A DNA stretch of 64,000 bases, taken from NCBI GenBank assembly GCA_043228905.1, contig JBHGNT010000014.1:16864001-16928000 (forward strand). The letters are read 5' to 3'. Shown here piece after piece: positions 38,601 through 50,230 of this stretch (position 1 is the stretch's first letter; each line of letters starts with the position of its first letter). The translations under genes and the position numbers were made by a program. Source of the DNA: Azolla caroliniana. Taxonomy: Eukaryota; Plantae; Polypodiophyta. Under the pieces are notes generated by a model that ran no database searches, had not been told where the DNA came from, and saw only the letters and a list, made by a program, of their open reading frames with translations.

Positions 38601-39078
38601 GACGACAATGACGGCTAGGCAAAGTAGTGTTGATGACGACAACAAGAGGGTTGAAGATGATGATGTCGAAGACGAAGCAATGAAGGCAATGATGTTGACG
38701 AAGCGACTTTGGAAGCAACGACTTTGACTATGGCAATGACGACTTTGACTATGGCAATGATGGAAGCGGAGAAAGAGATGAAGAGGATAAGAAACATAGA
38801 GATCAAGATGTTGAGGTTCTCTGAAGAAACACAAAGACACATATACAAAGGATGATAGAAAACACAAAGACAGGGATTAAGGTGATAGGAAATGCAAAGA
38901 AAGGGACGAAGATAATAAGAAACACATAGATAGAGATGAAAACGGTAGGAAACACAAGGAGAAGGATGACAATAACAAAAAATGGAAAGATAGGGATGTG
39001 GAAGATGATAAGGAGTGCAGAGATAGAGATGATAATGAGAAGAAACTAGGACATAGAGATGTGAAGGATGAGAAGAAT

Positions 39079-40108
39079 CTAAAAGTGTGAGCTATCCAGA
39101 AGGTATCCTAACAATAATAATGCCAGTACCTCATCGGCACGAGGCACTTCTAGAGAGGTGGTCTGATTTATCAGCCCTTGGAAGGCATTTAGATGCTCTG
39201 CCATGCTGGAGACATCTTGATACCGGAGTCTCACTATTTTCCGAAACATTGAGACTCTGTTAACCGCGTTTTCGTTCTCGAACATAATGATGATCTTCTC
39301 CCAGAGGACATCTGCCTTCTTCTCCTCATTGAAGTTGTTGTATAGACTCATGTCTATAAAACATCTTATGTATGTTGTCGCCTTCAGGTGCATGACTTCC
39401 CAAATCAATCTTGTCTGGTTTGGTCTTACCATGCTATACCATCAGCCATAAAACTTTGCACACCAACATGTCCCTCATCTTCGACTTCCACAATGAATAG
39501 TTGGAGCCGATTAGTTTGAACATGCCCCCAAATGAGTCTTCCATCGCTCCGATGCCAGTTTGTTGACATCGAAGCCAGCCACAAGCAGTTGATACTTTGG
39601 CGTATGTTGGTGCAAATATTTGAACAAACAAAACCGGAAGCAGAAATACACAAGTACAATGACACAAGATGTTTTACGTGGAAACCCTAACAGGGAAAAA
39701 CCACAGGATTTCACAAACTCTAAACGATCTCACTATGTGAAAGGAAATACATAGAGACCCCCGGCAACAACCTTGGGCTCTTCTTCTTCGCCTAATGGCG
39801 AGTATAGTAGAGATGCAACAATGCGCTCTAACTCGCTCTCTCTCTCTCTATGTCTCGCGATATCACTGTTATAACAACTCTCACACATTTTTAACTATTG
39901 TTTTGCCCTAGTTATATTTATACTGATATAACTTTTAAATTAAGGCTATTTACAAATATGGCCTCTTGAAGGCATATTAGAACATATTTACACATGTGTC
40001 CTTTTCTGAATGTCTATCCGGATCCAGATCCGGCCTCTCTTTTCCTTCGGATCCGACTGATCCGGCTCGTGCTCTCCTTCCCATTCGAAGGGACATGTTT
40101 TCCAAACA
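39079..40108 (-). mobile_element. gag: Copia 5' end: gag N-terminus, tRNA-iMet PBS and 5' LTR (39561-40108)
   Basis: KLIGSNYSLWKSKMRDML and HLNAFQGLINQ...LALLLLG (Copia Gag); PBS TGGCATCGGAGC on the minus strand (39546-39557); LTR end is the reverse complement of the 28931 LTR start. Confidence 0.85.
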
Positions 40109-40870
40109 TGATAATCATTTCGATTGTGCTAAGCGAGTGTTACGATACGTGAGTGGATTGACGGACTATGGCATTCTCTTAAGTCATCACAAATTCAACT
40201 TGAAGGGTATACAGATGTTGATTGGGCCGGCTACAAAGTTGATCGACGATCAACTTCGGGCTTCATATTTTCAATCGGCAGCGGAGTCATATCATGGAGC
40301 AGCAAGAAGTAGTCAATTGTCACCTTATCCAGTACAAAGGCCAAATACAAGGGCACGGTTGTTGCTACATCTTAAGCCATATGTCTCAAGAGGATATTGA
40401 ACGATCTGGACGTCTCCATCAACAATCCAATCTTGCTCTATTGCGACAATCTCATCAATATTCATCTTGCTCAAAACCCGGTCTTCCATGCACAGACAAA
40501 GCGCATTGAGGTGCACTACCACTTCCTCAGAGAACGTGTCCTTGAAGGGGATGTCGGCCTCTAGCACATCAACACAAATCTTCAGACAGTTGACGATCTT
40601 CATGAAAGCCCTAGGAGGCAACAAGCTTCACCAATTCACGTTGGACCTTGGCCTAACGACCGCGAACTTGCAAGCTTGAGGGGGAGTAACAGAGAGAGAA
40701 ACCGAATACCAGTCGAAGCGAACACCAACAAAGACGGACAAATGACAAGCAGCCAAAAGTCAAAAGTCGATGATAGGCATCCCAAAGCCCAAAGCCGACT
40801 GATGACAAAAGTTGAGCTTGAATGGGCGTGTTGAGAATCAAGATCAACTCATCCTAGTGTGTAAACACGC
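40109..40870 (+). pseudogene. pol: Copia RT/RNase H C-terminal fragment with PPT and the start of a 3' LTR (~40829)
   Basis: AKRVLRYV..YG, DWAG..DRRSTSG, WSSKK, YCDN, NPVFHAQTKRIEVHYHFLRE across frames. Confidence 0.8.
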
Positions 40871-43800
40871 TGTCGTGAAAATTCCGGGCCATCAGTAGAA
40901 ACAATGTGAAACGCGCGGGAGCACTGGTGTGCACGAGTGCACACCCCTAGTGAATTAGATAGTGTAAGTACTAGGCATAGGAAAAAGGGGGTGTACTAGG
41001 TAGTTAAAGCATTAATAGGGATTCAGAGATTCAGACATCGCGTAAGTAGGGAGAGTTATGAGGAGAGCGAATTAGGGGGGAGAACTTAGGAAGTTAAAGC
41101 AACAAGGCCATGAATGCTCTGTAACGGTCACTCCTTGTGCTATAAAAGGGGCGACCCTCGACTGTTTTTGGGGATGTCATTTTTTTCAAGAGAGGAGAAA
41201 GGAAATAGAGACTAAAGAAGACGAGGAGTCCTACGACGTGCCACCGGAAGGCGCTTCCCCTGCTCGCGTCAGACGCCCGAGTGCTCCCGACCAGGGGATC
41301 GACCTTCTATGTGCCCACTCATCTCCGTGTCTGACTACTCTAGAGCCTACGCTCGAACATTGGCACTGATCCGGTTGTAATCACCAACAACACCACACGC
41401 ATATATTGATTAATAGAAGCTTATCCACCTACCGCAAGTTATTCTTAACATATCTGTCTGCGCCTTTGTCTACGCACGTTCCTCTTACACTATCTCTCTT
41501 GTTTCGCTAATCTTTTCTGTTTAAACCATAGTCTCAAGGCCCACGTAAACCACAGACTCTTCCTCCTCATTTCTTGGTTCCTTGGTTCAAGACCCCCGCG
41601 GTCCTGCCCAACTTCTACGCATCCGCGAGGATTTCCTCGACATCTTTGGTGAACCCAACGTGAATAGGGGCGGCAAAGGAATCTGAAAATGAGAGGAAGC
41701 GAACTTGCAAAACCAATGGTGGTGGCGGTAGACCGCCTGGTTAGCGCTCGCGAGGGCACGAGTGCCCTCGACAGGGCCATAGAAGCAACGGTCGACAAGA
41801 TAGGTCAGTTCAATGGGAAAGACGCCACAAGTTACTTAGAGGCCTACAAATCTGAAATGCAGATGAGGAATATACCCGAGGATAGATGGCTGACAGGGTT
41901 TCTACAGGTCATGACACCACACATTCATGCAGAGATGACTGAAATACAAGCGGGTTGTCGTGATTGGGCAGAGTTCGCGGAGGAAGTTCTCAAAAGATAC
42001 AGCTATGACGACTCACTCCGGCTATCGAGAACAGACTTTATGGATTGAGTCAACAGCCCCGACAATGGTCGGAACGCTTCGGTGCTCCTCCAGGAGTTTG
42101 AGTCACGATTCGCACGGCTCTCTAGATTGGACCGAACCGTGCTCGAAACGAGCAAAGCCCTATTTTTCGTCACATTGTTCGACTCGCATGTTCGGGAAAG
42201 CGTGGGTCTTCTTCTTGAAACCAACTGCGGTCTCACGACTGACTGGGCGACCATCAAAGAAGTATGTTGTAGGATTGACAAACGCCGAGATTGGAAAGAA
42301 AGGGGTTCCTCGCCGGCCAGACCGGCTGTCAAAACCAGAGCCGAGCCAAGCCGAATGGAAGAAACGAGGAGGTGGCTCGAGCTAGGCCCACCTCTGGGAA
42401 ACGTAGTCGCGGGACCTGCAGGTGGCGCAGGACTAGAAGAACTAACAAGGATGGTGCACGACCTCCAGATCGCCCAGGCCGGACGAAGCGACGAGGGTCA
42501 GCCGCGTGACCGACGACCGCCGGCCAACCAGAAGTGCATATGGTGCGACGCCACCGGACATTCCCAGAGAGATTGCGCTGACCTCGGTGAAGCGCTCAGA
42601 AGTAATGTAGTCTATCTTTCGAATGGCAAGATACATGCGAGCGACACACGAAGATTGCTTGACACAAATTTTGGACGAGGTGGCATGAAGAGGCTAATGG
42701 AAGAAGCCATGACATGGCACGTCGAAGCCGTCCATTACTCGGCTTCGGCCGGCATCCGCGTAGGCGAAAAGGCGGCCAAGCCCGATTCAAACCCTGGGTT
42801 CTGGCCGGTTATTCTCGAGACCTTGTCTGGAGGAAGGTTGCAGAAGGGAGAAGCAGAGGAGCGTGTGCACGAAGTTACCAATTGGAGTGACCCCATTTAG
42901 GAGAGCACCGGCTTTGTGGAGGCCGCGTGCAGGAACTACGAGGCCCTAACCGACGAAAGGCGAGTGGGGAAAACCAGGGGAGCGGACCCTTCGGGGAGGT
43001 ATGACACTCAAAGCACGACGAAAGGGCACAATGCCACTCCGGCCGGGTCCTGGGAGAAGGGAAGGAGAAGGGCAGGATTCCGAGCTTCCGTTTAAGCTCG
43101 GAAATTTTGAAAACAACGAACCTACAGAAGGTTCTAGAGGAGCGAGTTCTCGACAGTCGCATAGAACTCATGCTTAGGGAAGTGCTTGGCATAGCGAGAA
43201 GAGAATTCCACGACAACATCATGGACCTCGTGAAGAGAAAGCGTCTCGCGACGGAACCAGTGCCTGAGAAGCTGGTTGAGGTAAGGACGGCACTCCTCGA
43301 CAAGATGGTCGCGGAAGACGAGCTCGCAGAAAGCCACTACGCCAGGCCGCATTGGGCAAGAGCAACTACAGAAACCCTGGTTCGTATCGGGACGTGAAGG
43401 AACCGGTGGTGGCATTGATCGACCACGGGTCGGAAATTAACCTGATGTCCATGGACTTCTACAAAAGGGGGAATTGGCCGATCAACACCAAACACGGGTG
43501 GAAGATACGCGCAGCTACAAGAGCCACGGAAGAACTACACGGGGCTTGCCCGAACGTCAAGGTGAGCGTTGGAGACATCGATATAAACCAGCACTTTTTC
43601 GTGCAAGAGACGTCCTCCCACCAGGTCATCCTCGGCGAACCATACATCACGGCGGCTAGAATGGAGACAAAAGTGTTGGACAACGGTTTAGCCTATGCAA
43701 GGATAAAAAGCTAGGACGGCCGTCACTCCGTCCAATTTTTGACCGTTCGGAAGAATAGCGAGCAGAACAGGGACACCCTCAGAAATAACAAGAAGGCGGA

Positions 43801-46590
43801 TTTTTAGAGAGGGCTATCAAGGCGTGGGGCCACGATGGTCTAGATAGCTAGAAAATTCCCCACATCTGTAAACTAGGGAGGAAAGTTTTGTTCTCCGACA
43901 ACGGGGGATGTATCATAGCCAGCATCAGTGGCCGAGAAAGAAAGCGGGCCGAGATACGCTTAAAGGCGTGCAGAGCCTTGAGTCACGACGAAGGGATTGG
44001 TGAAGCCGTGGAGGCGGTCTCGTTCGATGATACCCTTGGAGAAATCATGAAGGTAGTCGAGGGAGGCCTAAGCGAAGACCGAGTCATACCAGTCAACTCG
44101 GTCGACATGTATGAAGTCATTGCGGACTTCGAAACAAAAACCAGGGTGCATCGGATCGCCCAAGTAGACACCAACTACAAGACTGTGGACCGGAAGGTGA
44201 AGCCCGTCACGGCCCCCTTACCGGAGGGCAACTAGGAACAAATAAAAGGGGTCACTACTGACCCGAGCTTGCGAGATCCGGCCGGCATAGGACACCATTT
44301 CACCGACAAAACGCTATGAGAGCTGAAGATCGGTGGGGGTGGCTTCCTACTGCCGACAGAAGAGGACCAGTTCAGAAGGATGCTCAAGAGGCACATGAAA
44401 GCCTTCGCATTCTCACCAGGAGAGATCGCGTGCGTCGACCCGACCATTGTTGAACCAATGGTGATCTTTACCGTGCCGCACGTGCCATGGAGTCTCAAAC
44501 CAATTCAAGTACCGAGAGCTCACATGCCAATGTTGATGGAGCTTCTCAAGCAGAAGGTGGAGCTGGGCATCCTCGAACCATCAAGTGCCCCTTACTCTAA
44601 CCGGTGGTTTACGGTACCAAAGAAGAACGGTGCGATGCGCTTCATCCAGGACTTACAACCTGTTAACAAGGTGACCATCCACAATATGGGAGTTGGACCA
44701 TCGATCGATGAGTTCGCAGAAGCCTTCACCGGAAGGTCCATATACTCGGTTGGAGACCTTTACTCGGGGTACGACCAATTCCAGCTGGTCGTGGAAAGCA
44801 CGGACATCACGACAATGCGAACCCCTCTCGGCCTAGTTCGAATGTGTACCCTACCGCAGGGAGGGACCAACTCGGTGGCACACATGGTGACTGCATTCCG
44901 GACATCACCATGCCTTTCCTGGATGACATCCCTATCAAGGGGTGTCCGGAGGACACCAAGGATGAGTCGATCGGCGCAAACGGGTGCCGAAGGTTTGGCA
45001 CCGACCATATCTCCGACTACGAGAAGATACTACAGAGACTCGAAGGCACGCGGCTTACCTTCTCAGGAGAAAAGTCGGCCTTCAGACAGCCAGAGATCTT
45101 AGTGGTGGGCCATCTATGTGGGTCGTACGGACGGAAGCCATCGCCGACCAAGGTAGAGGCCATCTCAGCAATGAAGGAGGAGTGCGGATCCATCACAGAG
45201 GGCCGACGATTCTTAGGAGCATGCGTCTTTTACCACATATGGATCCCTCATTACGTGCACGTCGCCGAACCACTCTACGGCTGGCTAAAAAAGAGTAGGA
45301 AATTCGAATGGACAAAGGAACATACCGAGGCGGTTCGGAGGCTAAAACGAACCCTCGCCATGGCACCAGCTTTACGCAAAGCAGAATACACACCGAGAAC
45401 CCCGGTCTACATCACGGTGGACACCAGCCCGACCGGGATCGGATGGGTCGTAAGTCAAGAGGACAAAGACGGCATGCGTTTCCCTATCCGGTTTGGTGCG
45501 AAGGTACTGAGCGAGCGACAACGAGGATACGCCCAAGTCAAGCGCGAGCTATGGGGTATTGTTTCGGCGGTTAAGGTCGACAAAGATTACCTAATCGGGA
45601 CAGAAGTGATTATAGAAATGGACTGCCTGTCGATTCTCGGTATGGTCTCCGGATGTGCAACTCCCGACCTGGCCATGCTCAGGTGGATTGCGTACATCAA
45701 GTCCCTGAACCCAGAGATACGACACATCTCGGGTAAAGACAACGCCATGGCCGATATGCTTTCCAAAGCAAGGTTTGAGGATGAGGACGCCATGGTGTCA
45801 GAGAACGAAGAAGTCGGCGTGGACTTCTTCGAATCAGCAAGGGTGAGGATAAAAGGGTGAAGCGCTCCGCCCCTGAACAAATTCGACGAAGACAACTACG
45901 ATGGGGAGTGGTTTCTAATCGGAAGATTTCTAAAAACAATGACGGCGAACGCCTCGATGACTACGGAGGAAGCAGGACAGCTCCGAAAAAGGGCATACTA
46001 ATACTTCCTATGGAATGGGAAAATCTTGAGGATCCCAAAAAGGCGAAATGACACGCTGCTCCGGGTAATATCGCGGGCGGATGATCAAGAGAAGCTCATA
46101 TCGGAGTTCCACGAAAGCCCTTGGTCTGGACACCGGGGTACATGGGCCACATTCGAGAAGTTGAAGGAGAAATCCAGGTATATATAAGAACGTGCACGAC
46201 TTCGTGTCCACGTGCGAGAGCTGCCATATGCACTCGGTGGTTCGACACCGCAACGAGCTGCACCCAACATACCCCCCGGCCGTGCACTTCAAATGGATGG
46301 TCGACTTACTAACAATGCCAATGGGAGAGGGTCAGAAGCGATACCTGGTACTCGCTAGAGAAGACCTAACGAACCAGGTAGAGGGTCGAGCACTAACATA
46401 CAAGACCACCACGGCGGTATGTAAGTTTCTGATCGAAGATGTCATATGCCGATACGGGTGCGTGGGAAAAATCGTAGCTGACCAAGGAGAGCTAGACGTG
46501 GAAGAGGCCGAGGAACTGTTCGATCGGCTAGGCGTAAAACTATCCCTCACGACGGCGTACAACCCGGAGGCCAATGGAAAGATTGAGCGG
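40871..46590 (+). mobile_element. tRNA-Trp-primed Gypsy element E: 5' LTR 40871-41642, gag, PR, RT, RH, partial INT
   Basis: TGTCG...CGACA LTR; PBS TGGTGAACCCAACGTGAA from 41647; CIWCDATGHSQRDC; LIDHGSEIN; WFTVPKKNG, LPQG, PFLDDI; TVDTSPTG; GHRG..CESC; truncated by the LTR at 46591. Confidence 0.9.
43798..43807 (+). promoter_or_regulatory. Putative -1 slippery site between protease and RT
   Basis: G GAT TTT TAG ends the gag-PR frame; RT ORFs 43888 and 44380 are in the -1 frame. The same GGATTTTTAG ends the PR ORF of element D (19668-19677, minus strand). Confidence 0.6.
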
Positions 46591-49415
46591 TGTCGCGTTG
46601 TTACGCGCGTGCGCGGAGAACAAGGCGGGACCACTAGGGTCTTGGACCGAGGAATAGGTGAGGAAGAAAAAAAGAGAGAGAGAGAGAGAGAGAGACGCTC
46701 ACTCACGTATAGACAAAGAAGCGCATGGGGACGCGTCACAACAACACAGGAGACGCGAGTTGAGAACACTAGAGTGTGTATGTAAATATAGGCATGTATT
46801 TGTATGTATGCAGACGAATCAAACGGTTACAGCCGACCAGGTCGGCGAGGTGGATGCCGACGCCTGATCACCCACGCACACAGGAGAGCAAGATGGAGAT
46901 TCTGCCGAAAGCACACGGGCGTTCCACGGAGCAGAATCAGCCTCCTGAGAGCCTGCGTAAAAGAAAGCTATGGAGAACGACAGAGAAGAAGAGCTCGGTC
47001 CCAGTCTGACAGCACTTCGTTCCCTCTAGCGCGCAATCCCCTTCTCTCCCCCGTCTCCCTCTCTTTTATAGCTCAAGGAGGGAGGTTGTTTCACCCGTTT
47101 ACATCACATTAACTCTCTGTCCTTTCGGACAGAGATACTCCTCAATTTACCTTATAGAATATTGCTACCTAGGATTTAACCTTTGTGCCTACCTATCTAC
47201 TATACGACAAGGGACGTGCCCACGTGTAAGGGCCGGTTCACACACACTATACACGGTTTGTGCCTGGGGACGGTTTTCTTCACGACATCCGCCCCCACCT
47301 AACCGCGCATCCACCAGTATGCGCCATAATTGGGTTTTTTACGGGAGGAAACCGATCCTTGCGTTATTCCTCGTTTACCGGTTCATCCTCCGCCTCAGGC
47401 TACTCGTTGTCGCTGTCCATGCTTCTTAGCCCCGGCTCCCCGTCGTGTCGTTTCTTGAACGCTTTGATCCTCTTCCCCGCTACCGGTATCGCCATTCTCG
47501 TACCGTCAAGCTCCGCGAGATGGTACGTCCCATTGCCGTTGGCGCCTGTTACTACGTAAGGCCCGAACCACCTCCTCGCAAACTTCTGCGTGGCCCTGTG
47601 CTGATTGTCGAGGCTGCTGTCGTAGACTAGCACCCAGTCGCCTTCCTCAATCTTCCTTGGCCTGGACCGGTGTGTTCGGTCGAACCGGGCTTTGTTCCTT
47701 ATCCTCGCTACTCGAAGTTTCTCCGCGGCTCGCTCTACGTCCTCCGGCCTCCGCTCGAGCTGTCGAATCCACGTCGCCAACAGTTCCTCCCGGCTCATCT
47801 CATCCCTCCAGTCCACCGTGGCCCACGAGGAGATCGTTCGCTCTATTGGCATGATCGGCTTTTGTCCGAACATCAGCTCGGCCGGCATGAACCCGGTTAC
47901 CGAACTGTGCGTAGTCCGGTCCGCCCACAAGGCATAAGGTAGCAGTCGTGGCCAGTCCCCGACTCGGCCTCTGCACACCCGTACTAGCGCTTTGACAATT
48001 GGCCCGTGTCCGCGCTCCACTTTCCCGTTCGCCTCCGGATTGTACGCTGTGGTGAGCGAACGTTTGACTCCTAGCCGGTCGAACAGCTCTTCGGCCTCTT
48101 CTGCGTCCAACTCACCACGGTCAGCCACGATCTTCCCTACGCACCCGTATCGGCATACTACATCCTCAATCAAAAACCGGCACATGGCTGCCATCGTCTT
48201 GTTCTGTAGGGCTCGGCCTTCAACCTGGTTCGTTAGATCTTCTCGAGCCAGCACCAAATACTGCATCTGTCCTACCCCCATTGGCATCGTCACCAAATCC
48301 ACCATCCACTTGAAGTGGACGGTCGGAGGGTAGGTCGGGTGAAGCTCGTCCCGATGTCGGATCATGGAGTGCACCTAACAGCTTTTGCAAGTCGTCACGA
48401 ACCGATGCACGTCCCGGTATAGTCCCGGCCACCAATACTTCCCCTTTAGCTTTTCGAACGTGGCCCACGTTCCACGGTGTCCAGCCCACGGGCTAGCGTG
48501 GTACGCCGCCAACAAATCCGCATGTTCCTCCTTTTTCGCCACCACTCGGAGCGGGATGTCGTTCCCCTTCTTTGGGTGCTTCCATATGTATCTGTCCCGG
48601 AGAAAGAATCGGTAGGCTTTCTTCCGAATCCGGTTGGCCTCGTCCATTGTCCATGCCATGTCCGGTGTCATTGTTTTCAGGAACCCGCCGATCTGCAACC
48701 ACTCCCCGTCGTACTTGCTCTCGTCGAAATCGTTAAGCGTTGGAGAGCATTCCCTGCTGGTTGTTACGTGAGCCGCCTCGAAGAAGTCCACGCCGACTTC
48801 CTCGTCCTCTGAAACCATGCCGCCGTCGTTTTCGAACCTCGCCCTTGAAAGCATGTCGGCCATGGCGTTGTCTTTCCCGGAAATGTGTCGTATTTCCGGA
48901 TTCAGGGACTTGATGTACGCTATCCACCTGAGCATTGCCAAGTCCGGCGTCACGCATCCGGAAACCATGCCAAGGATCGGTAGGCAGTCCGTCTCGATAA
49001 TTACCTCTGTCCCAATCAGGTAGTCTTTATCGGCCTTTACCGCCGAAACGATACTCTAGAGCTCACGTTTAACCTGGGCGTATCCTCGCTGTCGCTCGTT
49101 GAGGACCTTCGCGCCGAACCCGATCAGGGAACGCATGTCGTCCTCGTCCTCTTGGTTGACGACCCATCCGATCCCGGTCAGACTCGTGTCTACCGTTACG
49201 TAAATTGGAGTGCTCTTTCCGTAGACAGCCTTTCGGAGCGCCGGAGCCGCGGCAAGGGCTTCCTTCATCTTCCGGACAGACTCTGTATGCTCGCCTCTCC
49301 ACTCGAATTTTCGCCCCTTTTTCAGCAACCCGTATAACGGCTCCGTGACGTGTGCGTAATGCGGGATCCATATGTGGTAGAACGTGCACGCTCCCAAGAA
49401 CCTCCGAACCTCCGT
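46591..49415 (-). mobile_element. pol: Gypsy element F (same lineage as D/E): 3' LTR 46591-47287, INT, RH; continues at 63594
   Basis: TGTCG...CGACA termini; PPT GGGGGCGGA; intact INT core 47400-48374 (WMVD..IVADRGE..NGKVER..WFGPY). The frame YSSVT|EVRRFLGAC rejoins across 49416-63593. Confidence 0.9.
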
Positions 49416-49963
49416 TGTCGTGAAGATCCGTCACTACGCGCGGATCGTGAGGCAGAACCGCCGGGGTTCTGGACCGGAAGGATTCAAAGTCGGTACAAGC
49501 TTTGGCGTTGTCGCGAAGATTCGCGCGTGCGTGTGCTACTTGAGCGACCACCGGGGTCTTGGACTGGGGAGGATGTTCGCGGAATTATCGAAGAGATGAC
49601 GATCAATGTAAGATTAGATGAAATTGGTTTACTTGAGAAGAAAAAATTGTACACTTGAGAAGTAGAAAAATATGAAGAAGATAAAGACAAATATAATTAT
49701 ATTGATGATAATGGTGTTGGTGATATCACATATTGAGCCCCCCCTTACACAAGCCCAACTAGAGGCTTTTATAGGTCTTTCCATGCTCGTGACATGCACA
49801 AAACCATGGGCTAAAACCATGGTTTTGTGCACACGGTTTTGCTTATGTCATGCACAAGCAATGGGTTTAAAACCATGGTTTTGTGCACATGGTTTTCTAT
49901 GGTTGTTTCGTCTATAATTTGTATATGAAAAGAAAATACATAAATTCTACACTATATGATAGT

Positions 49964-50016
49964 TGTCTTAGTGGTAAGGCAATTATCTTGTATCTTAGAG
50001 GTGCAAGGTTCAAACC
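49964..50016 (+). promoter_or_regulatory. tRNA-like Pol III A/B-box module in LTR 49509-50154
   Basis: TGTCTTAGTGG at 49964 inside an 11-bp hairpin; GCAAGG-TTCAAA-CCTTGC T-arm with B box at 50007; starts 43 nt apart. Confidence 0.65.
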
Positions 50017-50230
50017 TTGCTTGCACCCCTCTGTATGAACTCAAGTGCCATTAGGCCTTAGGAGGCTTATTTTCTAAGTGTATGTGCAATGTTGCACATC
50101 CTTGGTTTATTCGTCTCACTCGGTTTCACACCGTGGCCGAAAATCGTCACGACATCCACCCCCACCAAACCCGCACATCCTCCGGTATGTGCCGAGAAAG
50201 GTGAAGAGGTGAGATCTTTGGCAACGGTGA

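Larger units (their letters stand above)
37187..39075 (-). mobile_element. Non-autonomous chromovirus-type element H: 3' LTR 37187-37706 plus repeat-rich interior
   Basis: TGTCAC...GTGACA termini; PPT complement TTATCCTCCCTTT like elements A and C; interior is a 48-bp repeat and a purine-rich tract, with no pol motifs. Confidence 0.7.
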
